The notes below the pieces were generated by a model. That model was not told the origin of the DNA and searched no databases. It worked only from the letters and a program-made list of their open reading frames with translations. Positions 37,531 to 50,646 of a stretch of 64,000 nucleotides of DNA are shown here, in pieces; within the stretch, counting starts at the first letter, position 1, and each line of letters starts with the position of its first letter. The position numbers and the translations under genes were made by a program. Source of the DNA: Eledone cirrhosa. Lineage: Eukaryota. Location: NCBI GenBank assembly GCA_964016885.1, contig OZ024740.1:74462001-74526000 (forward strand), given 5' to 3'.

Positions 37531-38588
37531 TCCTTGAACAAGATACTTTATTTCACATTACTCCAGTTAACTCAGCTCTCGAAATGAGTTACAGCATCAC
37601 TATGCCAAGCTGTATTGGCCTTTGACTTTCCCTTGGATAAAATCGGTGACATGGAGAGGGAAGACTGGTATACATGAGCAACTGCTGGTCTTCCACAAAA
37701 AACCTTGCTGGAGCTTGTGCCATAGAAGGGAACTTTCTAGGGTGCAAATACCATGGCCTTTTGTGACAAAAGGGTCTTTCTATACTCATGTATAAGTTGC
37801 ACTCTCATTTGATATATGATTTACAATATACCATCTATTTTGAATTGAGGTATTTTAGGTAGAGCTAGTAAACCACTTGCTTTTTTTCATGTCATATTTT
37901 CATGGAAAAGAGTACAACTGATACACAAATATATGGTATTTATTTTTAAAATTTACTAAAAATACATTAAATCTTGTATAAATCATGAGTATATATGATG
38001 GTAAGTAAAAATAAAGATCTTGAACTGTGGATAATTTGTCTGTTTATTTTATATAGGAACTAAATATTCAAGTTTAAAAATCTCATAAGCCTGTGAAAGA
38101 AATAGGTTCAATATTAAATCAACCATATTTCAATGTTGATTTAAGGTCATATATGGTTAAGAAGTTTGCTTTAAAACGATGTGGCTTTGGGTTTGTGCTT
38201 ACAGCATGTGACATTAAATAACTGTCTTCTACAACAGCCTCAAACTGACTAAGGCTGTGTCTGAATTTGGTAGACCTAAACAGTGAAAGAAGTTATACAT
38301 CTGTGTTTGTGTCAGTTTACTGACAATGCTTAAAACAATCAGTGAGATTTGTTTAATCCTACATAAACAATGTTCTGCAGTGTAGGATTTTGATGAAGAT
38401 GGGCACTATATATCATACTTATAAAGTATGTGTTGATGTCAGAAAGGGCAACCAACTAGAGAAACACTGTCTCAAAATGTCACATAAAAACAATGATGAT
38501 GATGAGAGGTGAAGGGAGATATAAAAGGAGGAGGAGGAGGAGGATTATGATGGTGTTAACACTTGATTCAATGTCAATAGCTACTCAC

Positions 38589-38673
38589 CTCCTTTCCCAG
38601 GGGGAATTTCAAAGTCAAGATCTGGTATCTTAATGGTAGCAGTATCAGTTTGAATAATTTGCCGGTTCAAATC
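38589..38673 (-). CDS. ZPR1: ZPR1 coding exon 3
   Basis: gtttcAG|[28 protein letters not shown] plus G|GTGAGT, 85 nt. Confidence 0.96.
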
Positions 38674-38779
38674 CTGAAACATATGGAAAGAATTAAACAA
38701 TCAATAGTATACTCATATATCTTAAGAACTGTACAACCATTTTCTCTGGCTGTCACACAAACACTACAATCTGTTAAAA

Positions 38780-40750
38780 ACGTTCCAAACTTTTTATTTA
38801 GAATCCATGGAACACAAATGCAAGACAAAAAAAAGGAGAGCAGAGCCAAATGTTCAAGATTATGTTCTCTATAAATGTGTTAATGGTGTCTGTCTGAAAC
38901 AGCACAGTAGATAGAGCCATTAAAGCCAAGAGACAGTTGTGGAATGACTGGAAAAAATGGGGCAGCAAAGACTAGTACCAGGTAGTTAAAAGAGGGGTTA
39001 GACGACAGGTATACATAGCACCAAAAGAGGCTAAAAGAAGAAGGTTTGCCAATGCCTTGCAACATGAAGGTCAGAGACGTGAGGTGTTCCATATTGCAAG
39101 GCAGTGTGTCAGTGTGAATCAGGATATTGTTGGGGAAAAGTGTGTTAGAAATGACACTGGTGCACTTAGCATCACTGATGCTCAAAAGAAAAAGGGCTGG
39201 AAATGCTACTATGAGAGGTTAATGAATGGGAGGAAAGGAGATTAGACCCAACAGAGGGATCAGTTATCAAAATTGACAGTTATAAAGTCAAAGAAGCAAT
39301 CAAGGAGACGAAGAATGGTAAGTTGAGTTGCCAAGATGCTAAAAGCATCGAGAGAGGGAGGAGCCAAACTAGTAACTGACATAGTGAATCAGGTAATACA
39401 GGACCAAATCATATCCAATGACTGGCACAGCAGTACAATCATAAATTACTACAAGTAAAAAGGTGATGCTCTAGAAATGGAGCAACTATAGAAGAATAAA
39501 ACTTATGGACCAAAGTGATGGAAAGAATTCTAGCATAGCTAATTAGGGAAAGATTCAAATTTGATGAAATGCAGTTTGGTTTTATGCCTGGAAAAAGTAC
39601 TACAGATGCCCTCTTCTTAGTGAGAATACTACAAGAGAAGTTCCTAGCCAAGAATATGCTGCTATATTTAGCTTTTGTTGATCTAGTAAAGGCCTTTGAC
39701 AGAGTACCTCGATCTGTTATCTGGTGGTCCTTAAAAAAATTAGATGTAGAAGAATGGCTTGTGAGAGCAGTGCAAGCCATGTACAGGGGAGCTGTCAGTA
39801 AAGTCACTGCAGAAAATGAGTTTACAGTGATGAATTCAAGGTACATGGAGTCCATCAGAGTTCAGTTCTTAGCCCATTTACATTTATCATAGTCCTCTTG
39901 GTCTTAACAGAGGAGTTTAAGATTGGTTGCTCATGGGAACTTCTGTACACTGATGATCTGGTCTTCATACCTGAATCAGTGGAAGAACTAGAGATTAAGT
40001 TCTGGTTGTGGAAACAGAACCTTCAATCATTAGCAACAAACAAAATGTGAATATGTAAGAAAGACAATAGGGCACTGATTTCATCAGGGAAGTGGTCGAG
40101 CTCGATATGTAGAAGAGGAGTAGGCATAAACTCTATAGGATGTACACAATGCAAATCTTGGGTACACAAGAAGTGTAGTGGGATAACAGGCAGATTAACA
40201 GGAAAGGAAGTCATTGTATGTAGATGCTCAGGGTTGATTAATAGTAAGAGTGCCAATAATAATAATAAAATAAAACATAACATAAACCTTTTCCAGTCCC
40301 AGGAAGGATCCATAAAAGTGGCTGATAGCTTGTGCTACCTAGGTGATATAATTAGCAGTGGAGGAGGGTGCTCCGAGAGTATAAAAATTAGAGTAAGGAC
40401 AGGATGGAAGAAATTTAGGGAACTGCTACATCTGTTGACATCAAAATGCTTCTCCCTATGCACAAAAGGTCAGCTGTATGATGCCTGTGTGCGAAGTGCA
40501 ATGCTGCATAGTAGAGAGACATGGGCAGTGAACAGAGAGGACAAGCAAAGGCTGGAGAAAAATAAGGCGAGCATGCTTTAATGGATGTGCAATGTTAATA
40601 TGCAAGAAAGGTAAAGTCTGGATGAACTGAGAAAGAAACTAGATATAAGAGGAATCAGATGTAATGTGCAGGAGAGAACTGCATTGGTGCGGACATATGA
40701 TGCACATGGATGATGATCAGTGGGTGAAGAAGTGCCAAGTAATCCCAGGA
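38780..40750 (+). mobile_element. Degenerate RTE LINE in ZPR1 intron 2
   Basis: MQFGFMPGKSTTDALF, AFVDLVKAFDRVPRSVIWW, PHD remnant, YLGDIISSGGGCSES, RVRTGWKKFREL. Confidence 0.9.
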
Positions 40751-41843
40751 GAGTGAAGCCATTTAATCACTAACTACTTTACAGAGTGTACTGAATGCAC
40801 CTTACTTTACAAAAAAACAGAAAATACTCCTGTGATTAAGTTTCAAAATGTTTGCTCCAAGAAAAGAATCTTGGTAACAGAAGTAAACCAATTTATTTTA
40901 ACTAAACAATAAAACCCACAAATCATGTCATTGTTCTACTTCATTTTAACCTGCTAAATGCTAAAATATATTGATATGTCTTTTATTTCCCAACTCTTGC
41001 ATACCAAAGACTATAATACATTTTAGTTTAATTTGTGAAGCATAGATCCAAAAAAACTAAATTTGATAAAAATGTCTTTTTTATTTTATTTTTACCATTT
41101 TAAAAAAAATTTTAATGCAAAAATTAATGCATAATTTCAACCTAAGGTAATAAAATATTCAAAATAAGACTAGCACTCACAATTAAAGAAATTTAGTTAC
41201 AAAACAACAACTACAACTATTCAAGTTATACAGGGTAAAAATCTAAAGTTATCCAATTGAAAGTATACTTCTTATCAACTGAAAATTATTACTAGATGAA
41301 AGTGAGGTCGTCTTCTCCATCTTTCTGTCACACACTCTCTTTCTCTCTCTAAACAAATAACGTTCCTTTTCTCTCTCCATCTATGTACATATCTCTCACA
41401 TGGTACCCTCTCTATATATAGATGAGGGAGACATCATAACTTTCTGTCTATCTACCTCTTTCTTTTGCTTGGCGCTTCCCGTCTCTACATAAAGTGAGTG
41501 TGACAGACAGAGGGATGGACAGACAGACAGTGCTCTTATTATAATACGAATTTGTAAATGTCTGTTAGAATAACTTCTAGCATTGGTATCAGGCTACATA
41601 TTTTATTGAGGGGCACAGTTGATAAAAATCAACCCCAATACCTAACTGGTTCTTTATTTTATCATTTTATCAACTCCAGAAGGATGAAAAGAAAAATTGA
41701 CCCTCAGTGGGATTTGAACTTAATTTTGTCAGATAAATGTTGTTAAATAAAACAAGCACTTTGTGATGAGTGTCATTTATATGATACTATGTAAAGAATA
41801 CTCACCAGAAGGTGTGAAAGATGATAAAAATATAGTTTCATAC

Positions 41844-42005
41844 CTTCTTAGAAATGATTCGAACTTTGTATTGCACACCTAATTGTTGGATAGCTGAGCC
41901 TGGCTTCAGTTCATTGTTTTGAAGTCCACAATGATCGCATTTAAATGACATAAGAATCACTTCTTTGAAATATGGGATTTTAGTAAGAAAGATCCTGGTT
42001 ACGCC
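41844..42005 (-). CDS. ZPR1: ZPR1 coding exon 2 (second half of zinc finger 1)
   Basis: ttaatAG|GVTRIFLTKIPYFKEVILMSFKCDHCGLQNNELKPGSAIQQLGVQYKVRIISKK|GTATGA, 162 nt. Confidence 0.97.
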
Positions 42006-43038
42006 CTATTAAAAAAGAATTTTAACAAAGTATAAATATAAATATTTTATGTTAACAAAGTATATAAACATATATAGTATCAACCTTAAAGCATTGAAAC
42101 AACAGTCAATTGATGAGAGGGGACTGTCCTGTGCTTTGTCCCTTTTTCCGGTGTCTTTGCTCACCTGTTTTTTTTATTTATTTTGTATGATTTTAGCCAT
42201 GCAAGATACTTTTTCTATAACCTATCCCAACACAAACATTATATGAACAAAGATATTTATTTCTCCGTTACGAGCCTCCTATTCTTTGCAGTAATCTCAT
42301 TAATTCGTTGAAACTGTTGAGATCTGATGAGCATATTTACATGTTTGTGACCTGTCCTCATTCATCCATTCTATTTCTTCCTTCCTATCTTCTCTTCTTT
42401 CCTCCAAGTCAACTCACACCAAGCCGCTGATCTTAGTCCTTCGAGGTAATATTTTACCTAACGCTGCTTCGACGGTATTTTGCTGTTTTTCAACAGCTTC
42501 CACATGCTGAGTTTTTCCATTTTCCTGAGAATTATATATATATACATACACACACAGCCAATTCACTTAAAATAATGCACTCCTTCAAGTGCAAAAGGAA
42601 AAATTCCATTTTCCTGTCTTGTTTCACATGGAAGTTCCGAGACCAAGGGAACTCATCCTCAACATGACAGGGAACATCTTTGACAAATCATCTCCTTACT
42701 GTCCCCACGACTTGCAATAACCAACTATACCTCCTTGAGAGGCTACACATATTACTGTCGCCATTAATTAAGAAGAAGAGTGACACAACGTTCTGCTACC
42801 ATCAGAGAAATGTTCTTTTAAACAGTTTCAAGTCAGTGAACTAAAAAAAACCTATCAAATTTCATTAAAACCATTGGTCAGTTAGAGGCTACAGTAGAAG
42901 TCAATTGCCTAAAGTGTCATACTTAAAATAAAACCTCAAACCACGTAAACGCAAACTCATTCCACACACAAAGTGATGACTGATAAATATTTTTTCAACA
43001 GTGACATAATTATTTAGTGAACAGAAACTGATATATAC

Positions 43039-43155
43039 CTGTAATTCACAATTGACACAAAGGCTTTCAATTTCCATGACCTCAGGATCCTCATCAGCAC
43101 CAATATCCTTGAACATCACTACTGGCTTGGCAGTTTTACTATCATCGGTACTCAT
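43039..43155 (-). CDS. ZPR1: ZPR1 coding exon 1
   Basis: MSTDDSKTAKPVVMFKDIGADEDPEVMEIESLCVNCELQ|GTATAT; EIESLC.NC hallmark. A possible acceptor AG at 43186-43185 suggests an upstream non-coding exon. Confidence 0.95.
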
Positions 43156-44409
43156 TTTAGCTTCCAGAAATTTCTTTAGAAAATCTATAAATAAATATTT
43201 TGACCTTAGTGAAGAAAACTTAGACCATTGGTTCTTAATATTTTTTGCACCTCAAAAACAATGTGATATCTTCTCTCAATAAATAAACAAAAAAAAAGAC
43301 AAAAAGAAAACTGATCATGTGGCCTAGAAATTTAGAATATGATCATGAAGTCGTATAGATCTTATATAGTATGACATATATTTTAGAAAAATTTAAAATA
43401 TATATGACATGAATTTTAGACAAATTAAAAATTAAAATGTAACATTCACAAATAGAAGAAATAAGATTCGCAATTATTGAATTTATTTCTCCATGTGTTT
43501 GTGTAGATATGTTGTGAATAAAGCATCACTGGAACTGCATTATTGTCAAAGTTTCTTTACCAGCATCCACTGTCCTTTAATAGTCTGTGTATGAACACTG
43601 TTTGGATCTATGAAATTGAGCAAGTGGCTCACAACTTCATGTGAATATGTTCCATTACCTAATCCTATTTATGAAACCCAACCATTGAAAATCAAACACA
43701 TACTTAGTAGGATCCATCCTGTATTAATGGGCCAAAATAAATGTTGGTTTAATTATGGCTAATTGAACAAATCATAGACAATTTTATTTTCATTTGTTCT
43801 TACTTATTCATCATTTCCATTTATGGATTTTCATTCTGTAACATATTTACTTTCACTTTTCTACCTTCATAAAATAAAGTTTTACTTTCTAATTAAGGCA
43901 CAAAGTCAGCAATTTTGGGGAGAGTGGAGAAAAGTCAATTAAATCGACATCAGTACTTGATTGGTACTTTATCGACTCTTCAAGGATGAAAGCAAAGTTA
44001 ATCTTGAGAATTTGAAACCAGAACATAGAGTTGCAATAAATACTACAAAGCATTTTGTTTGATGCTCAAACAATTCTACCCTACAACTGATGGATGTGCG
44101 TCAATGGTGAGCTGCCATTGTGAATTCAATGCACAGTTTAAAGACAGAGCTGAATGTATTGGCAGTGCATTTCATGACTAAACATCATTTAACCAAAAGA
44201 AAGAAAAACAATTAAGGATCACTTGCAACACCCATTGCAATACGTTATTACAGGAATTAACAAAATCAGAAATAATTAGAGTATTCAGACAGTTGAGTGG
44301 ACTAAACAATTCATAATCCATAATCAACATTACATTATATCCTGTTACTGTCCATTTATCAAATGAAAGAAATCATAATTTTTTAATCAATGTTCTAGTT
44401 ACATATGAA

Positions 44410-45290
44410 GTCCTTAAGCTTTGCTGGGGGCTTTCCTATTCTCACAGGGCAGCCTGATGTCACTGGTCGTTGGTCAGTCTGCACCTGTGGCAGTGTGAGC
44501 TGGAGCACCTCTGTAGACCGACACTGATGAATCCATTGTTTCTGGGCCGTTGAACTGAACATGACCTGCTTCTGTGGCTTATAAGTTTGGGTACATCAAT
44601 CTCAATCTGTGGCCTATCATTTGTATTAGACTTTTCAGTTCTTCATCTTCTTCTGTAGCTTGTTGTAGCTGTATTTGCTTTTCTACTGATATATCAACAG
44701 TATGTATTGTAAGATCTACATATTTCAATTTCTTTCCCTTGTGCTGGCTGTACTCTTGATGAGTAATCTGGAACCCTCATTTTGCCATATACGCAAATAT
44801 CATCAGATATACCAATGGCCCCTGTGCAGTTTTCCGGTTTTTGGTATATTTTTGGCTGAAAAATGTCCTAAAACATTTTGAGCCCAAATGGACACCTTAA
44901 ATATCTGTACCTGCCAAAGGATGTATTGAAGCATGTAAGCAGACTTGATTCCTTATCAAAATGTATTGCCCAGTACCCATGTTTTGCATCTAATTTTGTG
45001 AAATATTTAGCGTCTGCTAGTTTGTGGCAAGAGTTGGGGGTCTTGTGGTAAGTTCTTTTGATAAATTGTTTCAATGGTTTGGGATTTAAGCATATATGTA
45101 ACTCACCAATTTTTCCCCTGCTATATGCAATTACATTCACCCAATCTGCTGGTTCGTTTACTTTTGTGATCACACCAATATTTTCCATTTTATCTAATTC
45201 TTCCTTCAGTTCATCTTTCAAGTGCACTGGATATTTTCTTGGCGGTTGTGCCACTGGTGTTGCATTTTCAACAATATGTAGTTTTAGTTT
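44410..45290 (-). mobile_element. Ty3/Gypsy pol remnant (RT with degraded downstream RNase H)
   Basis: PPRKYPVHLKDELKEELDKMENIGVITKV..PADWVN, YFTKLDAKHGYWAI, TCFNTSFGRYRYLRCPFGL. Confidence 0.88.
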
Positions 45291-45336
45291 CCTATGATGT
45301 GGGAAGAAGCCAAAAATTCACTGACTGTGGCATCCC

Positions 45337-45639
45337 AGATGCGATATCTGCCTCTTACCCAGGGACAAAGGGTAAAACCATCTGGTATCTTCCCATCAAT
45401 TCTGGATAATTCAGCAGGCTCCAGAACTGAGGAGATATTTACACGAGCTAGAGCCCGCTTAATGAGCAGGTTTAGTTCAGTGTAGTTGCTTTGCCGGCCA
45501 CACTGAGTTAAATCTAATTATGTGGGCTATAGCTCAGGTAAATATCCACTCAGTTCTGGAGTCAGCTGGATTATCCAGAATTGATAAGAGACAGATGGTC
45601 TTATCCTTTGTCCGTGAATAAGAGGTAGATATCTCATCT
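45337..45639. repeat. ~300-bp imperfect palindrome (foldback MITE-like)
   Basis: AGATGCGATATCTGCCTCTTA...ATCAATTCTGGATAATTCAGC.GGCTCCAGAACTGAG pairs with CTCAGTTCTGGAGTCAGCTGGATTATCCAGAATTGAT...TAAGAGGTAGATATCTCATCT. Confidence 0.88.
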
Positions 45640-45788
45640 TTTCCAATAACTTGTAATTTGTGACCAATTGATGCATTTAGTGATGAATGTTTTTTTTTCT
45701 CTGGCTTTGATTATATATTTTTGTGCATTGTATTTATAAGGTCAATAATTAATTGATTACATGTATTACTTCTATTTAATCTTCTATA

Positions 45789-46178
45789 TCATCATCATCA
45801 CCGTTTCACATCTGTTCTTCCACGCTAGCATGGGTTAGACGGGTTGTCCTGTTGTGGGCAGTGTCCAGTCGGCTGACCTTGTCTTGCTCATACGGAAACT
45901 GATTCTGGCTTGATTTCTACAGCTGGATGCCTTTCCTAACACCAACCTCATTTACAGTGAGTGCTGGGTGCTTTTTTTGCCGTGGCACCTCCACGACCAC
46001 TTTGCAGTGGAATGATAGGGACCCCAGTCCTATCATCTCATTTCTACAGCTGAGTAAACTGGAGCAATGTGAAATAAAGTGTCTTGCTCAAGGAAACAAC
46101 ACATCACCCAGTCAAAGAATTGAACTCACAACCTTTCAATTGCAAGCCCAATGCTCTAACCACTAAGCCATGCGCCTT
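45789..46178 (-). mobile_element. Full-length tRNA + CORE-like + RTE-tail SINE
   Basis: tRNA-like head GGCGCATGGCTTAGTGGTTAGAGC...GAGTTCAATTC, core CCTTGAGCAAGACACTTTATTTCAC, tail shared with the RTE at 24995. A second copy with an internal deletion lies at ~59950-60292. Confidence 0.85.
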
Positions 46179-46187
46179 CACTTTATG

Positions 46188-46398
<211 letters not shown>

Positions 46399-46683
46399 TC
46401 ATCATCATCATCAACGTTTAACGTCCGTGTTCCACGCTTGCATGGGTTTGGACGGGGGTTTTCCCCACTTGAGGCAAGAGTGATTGTCTTGCTCGCATAG
46501 GACTATCTGGCGGGTTTTCTACAGCTGGATGCCCTTCCTAACACCAACCACATTTACAGTGTGGGGCTGGGAGGTTTTTACCGTGTTGCCTACACGGCCA
46601 CATTACAGCGTGGACTGTCTGGCAGGTTTTCTACAGCTGGATGCCCTTCCTAACACCAACCACATTTACAGTGTGGGGCTGGG

Positions 46684-46719
<36 letters not shown>

Positions 46720-47078
46720 CCCTATATATTATGAACATTTGGTTTTGTAAAATATTTAAGGAATTATGTAGAAAATAAAGTAAATGAGAAGTCTAAAAAA
46801 ATTCAAAGGACATAATCCATAATCAACGTTAGACTATATCATGTTACAGGATCAACACACATTGCAAAGAGTTATTACAACAACTAGCACCTCCGGGTGG
46901 TTTTCTGCTAGCATGTGTAGTGTGTATATTGATATTATACGCAAGTATATATGCATGTAGATATGATACATCAAATAAAACCGTAATTGACTATATACAC
47001 AGAAATTGAACGGAGACTGTGTTACACTGTCTTCTATAATGAGTAATGTAATCCATGATACATTAAAAAAAGACGATA

Positions 47079-48241
47079 TCTAATATATATTTGTGAAATG
47101 GGTGGTGGTTGAAATTCAGTTGTGCACGGTTAAATGGTAGTAGACGTGGTCAGACGGACATGAAAATTTACACACCTATGTAAAAAGTGCCAAGGAAGCA
47201 AATTGACAAGGTTTCAAATCTCTAACTTGAAAAATGTCGTCCCTAGGGCCCCCAAACGGTCTATTTACTATCGCTTACGGTGAGTTATTTCCCCCTGTTC
47301 TAATACTTGGATGAGTTATTTTCCGTAGTCGCTTTCAATATTCATTGTCTTATTTACAATTTCATACAAATTTTTAAACTCATCAATATTTTCATAGCAT
47401 ATCAAACAACGTTCTTTCGCTGTTTTTGAAAGTTTATTATAAAGAAGCAGTTTCAGGGGGAAAAATAGAAATATGCACTTGGGGCTGGACGGCGTACAAT
47501 GAGAAGTGGAGCGACGTGAAAAGTGTTGTTTATTAACAGCGAAATAGCAATGTCGATGATATACAAGTTTGAAAATGCAGATTATGAAGGTTTGTATGAT
47601 AGTTTACACTTTGATTGCCCTGGTCAGCAAGAGGGGCCTCTTTTTTTAATATTCATTGTCTTATTTTAAATAACATATCAAAGACAACGTTATTTCGCTG
47701 TTAATAAACTGTTGCCTTCTACAGTACGTTTCATTTTCATTTTTCAATTACAGTTGCTCTATATTAAATTTAAATACTTATATAACGATCATACAGTACC
47801 GTTTTATGAAATCGATTCTGCAGTAGAATTTTACGAAATGCCAAACCGAAAAAGGTCACTGTTTTCTAACAAAAGAAATAAAACCCTTACATTACGAACC
47901 CCCTGTTTTAATACTGATGTTAGTTATTTCCCCCTCTTCTAATAAACGTCTAATATATAGAGGCCCCTCTTGCTGACCAGGGCAATCAAAGTGTAAACTT
48001 TCATACAAACCTTCATAATCTGCATTTTCAAACTTGTATATCATCGACATTGCTATTTCGCTGTTAATAAACAACGCTTTTCACGTCGCTCCACTTCTCA
48101 TTGTACGCCGTCCAGCCCCAAGTGCATATTTCTATTTTTTTCTCCCTGAAACTGCTTCTTTATAATAAACTTTCAATAATATTTTTCAAATTATTAACTT
48201 AATAAAAAGTGGCCCCGGGTGCAACCGGGCTCAGCTGCTAG
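47079..48241 (+). mobile_element. Non-autonomous Helitron with a long internal inverted repeat (copy 1)
   Basis: A|TCTAATATATAT 5' end; 3' hairpin CCCGGGTGCAACCGGG then GCTAG|T. Internal inverted arms 47426-47641 and 47959-48176. Confidence 0.88.
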
Positions 48242-48310
48242 TTATATATAAACTGCATTAGGAGAAAATTAGTGACAGAAAAATATGAATATTTATTTAA
48301 ACGATCGCTA

Positions 48311-48320
48311 ACCGGAAGTG
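48311..48320 (+). promoter_or_regulatory. ETS-family motif ACCGGAAGTG (duplicated at 51894-51903)
   Basis: Perfect ETS/GABPA consensus in non-TE-looking DNA upstream of ZPR1; function inferred only. Confidence 0.3.
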
Positions 48321-50646
48321 TTGACATTTGAAAATTTCAAGAATAATTAAATAAATTTGTATCCACCATGAGATAAACTGATTTTATTGAAACAAATACT
48401 GTTATATGTGCATTTGTTTCAAAGTTTATACTGTTCGAACACAATTTTGCCTGTTTCATAGACTTTCTGAACTCTCGGATCTATTTTCATCATTCAGAAA
48501 CGTAACATAACAAATCACCGAACGATTTGAAGATATTTTCATTATGAAGTTTCCAGATTGGGGTTTAAACACATGTTCATGGGTTGGGAAAACTAAAATG
48601 CAGTATAGTGTAAGACTTAAAAGATGTGGCTGCCATTTTTAATAGATCAATCGTCCACGTACAGATTTGATCTTTGGATTGTTTTTATTTATTATTACTT
48701 TTTTGTTTTGAAAGAGTGGAAGTGTTCGATAATGGACATTTCCTTAATAATTTCTATTATTTAACACCCGGAAACACCAAACCAACTAAACACCTATTTT
48801 CAGACAACACGGAAGAATTGAATAATCTAGAACAATATCATTTAAAAACTCTTGATTTCTTTTTTAAACAATCAATTAAATGTTAATGTCCAGTTATATA
48901 ATATAATACAAAAAGCTGAAATAGAGACGGTGATTATTGTAAAAAAATTACCCAAATCTTAATGACAATTGTACAAATATAATTTACCTGTGTGCATATT
49001 AATAATGAAATTAATGTGAAGAAAAAAAGAAAAACAATTACTTTCAGAAGCTTAAAGAAATATATACGAAATAAATATGAAAGGTGGTCTATAATAAAAG
49101 TAAAGCTTCTAACTTTTAAAAAGTTAATAAAAGGAAATCTGTTGAAATACCTGCTTTAAGCAACAGTAATTTAACACAGCTGCTAGAAAGTTCGTAATAA
49201 CCGGTGTTTAGTTAAAAATGAACCTCTATAAAATTTATGTAGGTTATCGGCCTTCGGTACACAATTCAGCTAGGTTCTGACCAATGATTCGTATTAACAT
49301 TTTAAAGAAAGAAAAGTAATTATTTTGAAGTACACTCTTGAATTAAATGTTACAATCTAAATAACTAAACATACACAAGCTAGCCATGAGGTGGCGGGCA
49401 GTTGGTTGAGTCAGTTGACATAGACCTACAAATTTGAGAGAGCCTATTCAACTCAAACTTTCGTTCTTTTAACGTATTCTATGATTTATGCATGTATATA
49501 CCGGCAACTTTTATCGGTAAACATTTTTTCAACCAGTGACATTCTAAGACTATTAGGCGAGTTAGGCTGCTCACAAGCTATTTACCATTGTTGATTGGTG
49601 CAAGGCTATTCCAACGCCTTAGCTTTGCTATTATCCATGGTAATGCCGTGAGTGGCTTGGTTTGCTACAAAAACGTTTAGAGGAAATTACCAGTATTCTA
49701 AGATGTAGTGAGTAATTGAATATCCCTGTCTTCTTCCATTTTTTTCTTCTCTGATTAATTATTATTGATTTGTCTCTTTTGTGAATCATATTCATTATAT
49801 AAATTGTATTTATATATACAAGATGTTTTATTGAAATAAAATATCGTTTAATTCAAAAAGAATAATTTGAAATGAGACCTACATTTCCCATTTGTTCTGG
49901 GTCTATTAGTAGCTTTGTTATATCTAGCTTGGGCCTATCACCATTTTTCATGGGTCTGCACGTACTGAGTAAATAAAAACTCAACAATTTCATTTTTTTA
50001 ATTAAATTTTGGTATCTTAACAAGCAAGAGATTATCTTCATCATCATATAATGTGCACTTTCCTTGCTAACAAGAGTTGGGTAAGTCCTTCATAGACCAA
50101 GTCTGTACACAAGCAGGTCTACTGACCTCCCAGACAGGCCAGGAGCCTGCATGTCACTTACATACAGTCCCACACGCTAACGAGTGCATTATATCATAGC
50201 ACTGGCACTAGGGAGGCAATCATAGTTTTAACACAGCTGAAGGGGTCTCCCAACCTTTTGTTTTGACAAGCTTTCTGCAGCTGGATGCCCTCCTTGTTAC
50301 CAACCACTTTGCAACATGTTATGCACGAGTTTATTGCATAGATCACTAATTATACAGAGATAGTCATGTCCTTGACACAACTGAAGGGCACCCCCAATAT
50401 TGTCATTTGGCGATACATCTTATTAAACATAACTCCAATAAAATCAGTTGAATGAGAATTTTGGACAATACAGATAATCCAGATTATAGTGTATTCTATC
50501 TTTAAAGCCAACTGGAGAAAGCAACGGAGATGTATTTCAGATTTATTAAACCTCCTCGGCAAAACATTCTACTTGGTTGTTTTTTATCTGGTCTCTACCT
50601 TGAAGTTTTCCCAGCTTGATTGAACATGTTGAGTGTTTCTCATCCA

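Noticed and set aside
41170-41549. Possible third Helitron family copy (minus strand TCGTATTATAATAAGAGCACTGTCTGTC ... CTAG)
   Set aside because: The 5' end is suggestive but there is no 3' GC hairpin; too degraded to call.
48980-49155. Minus-strand donor-like sites as the ZPR1 non-coding first exon
   Set aside because: Several equally plausible GT sites and no transcript evidence; cannot be assigned from sequence alone.
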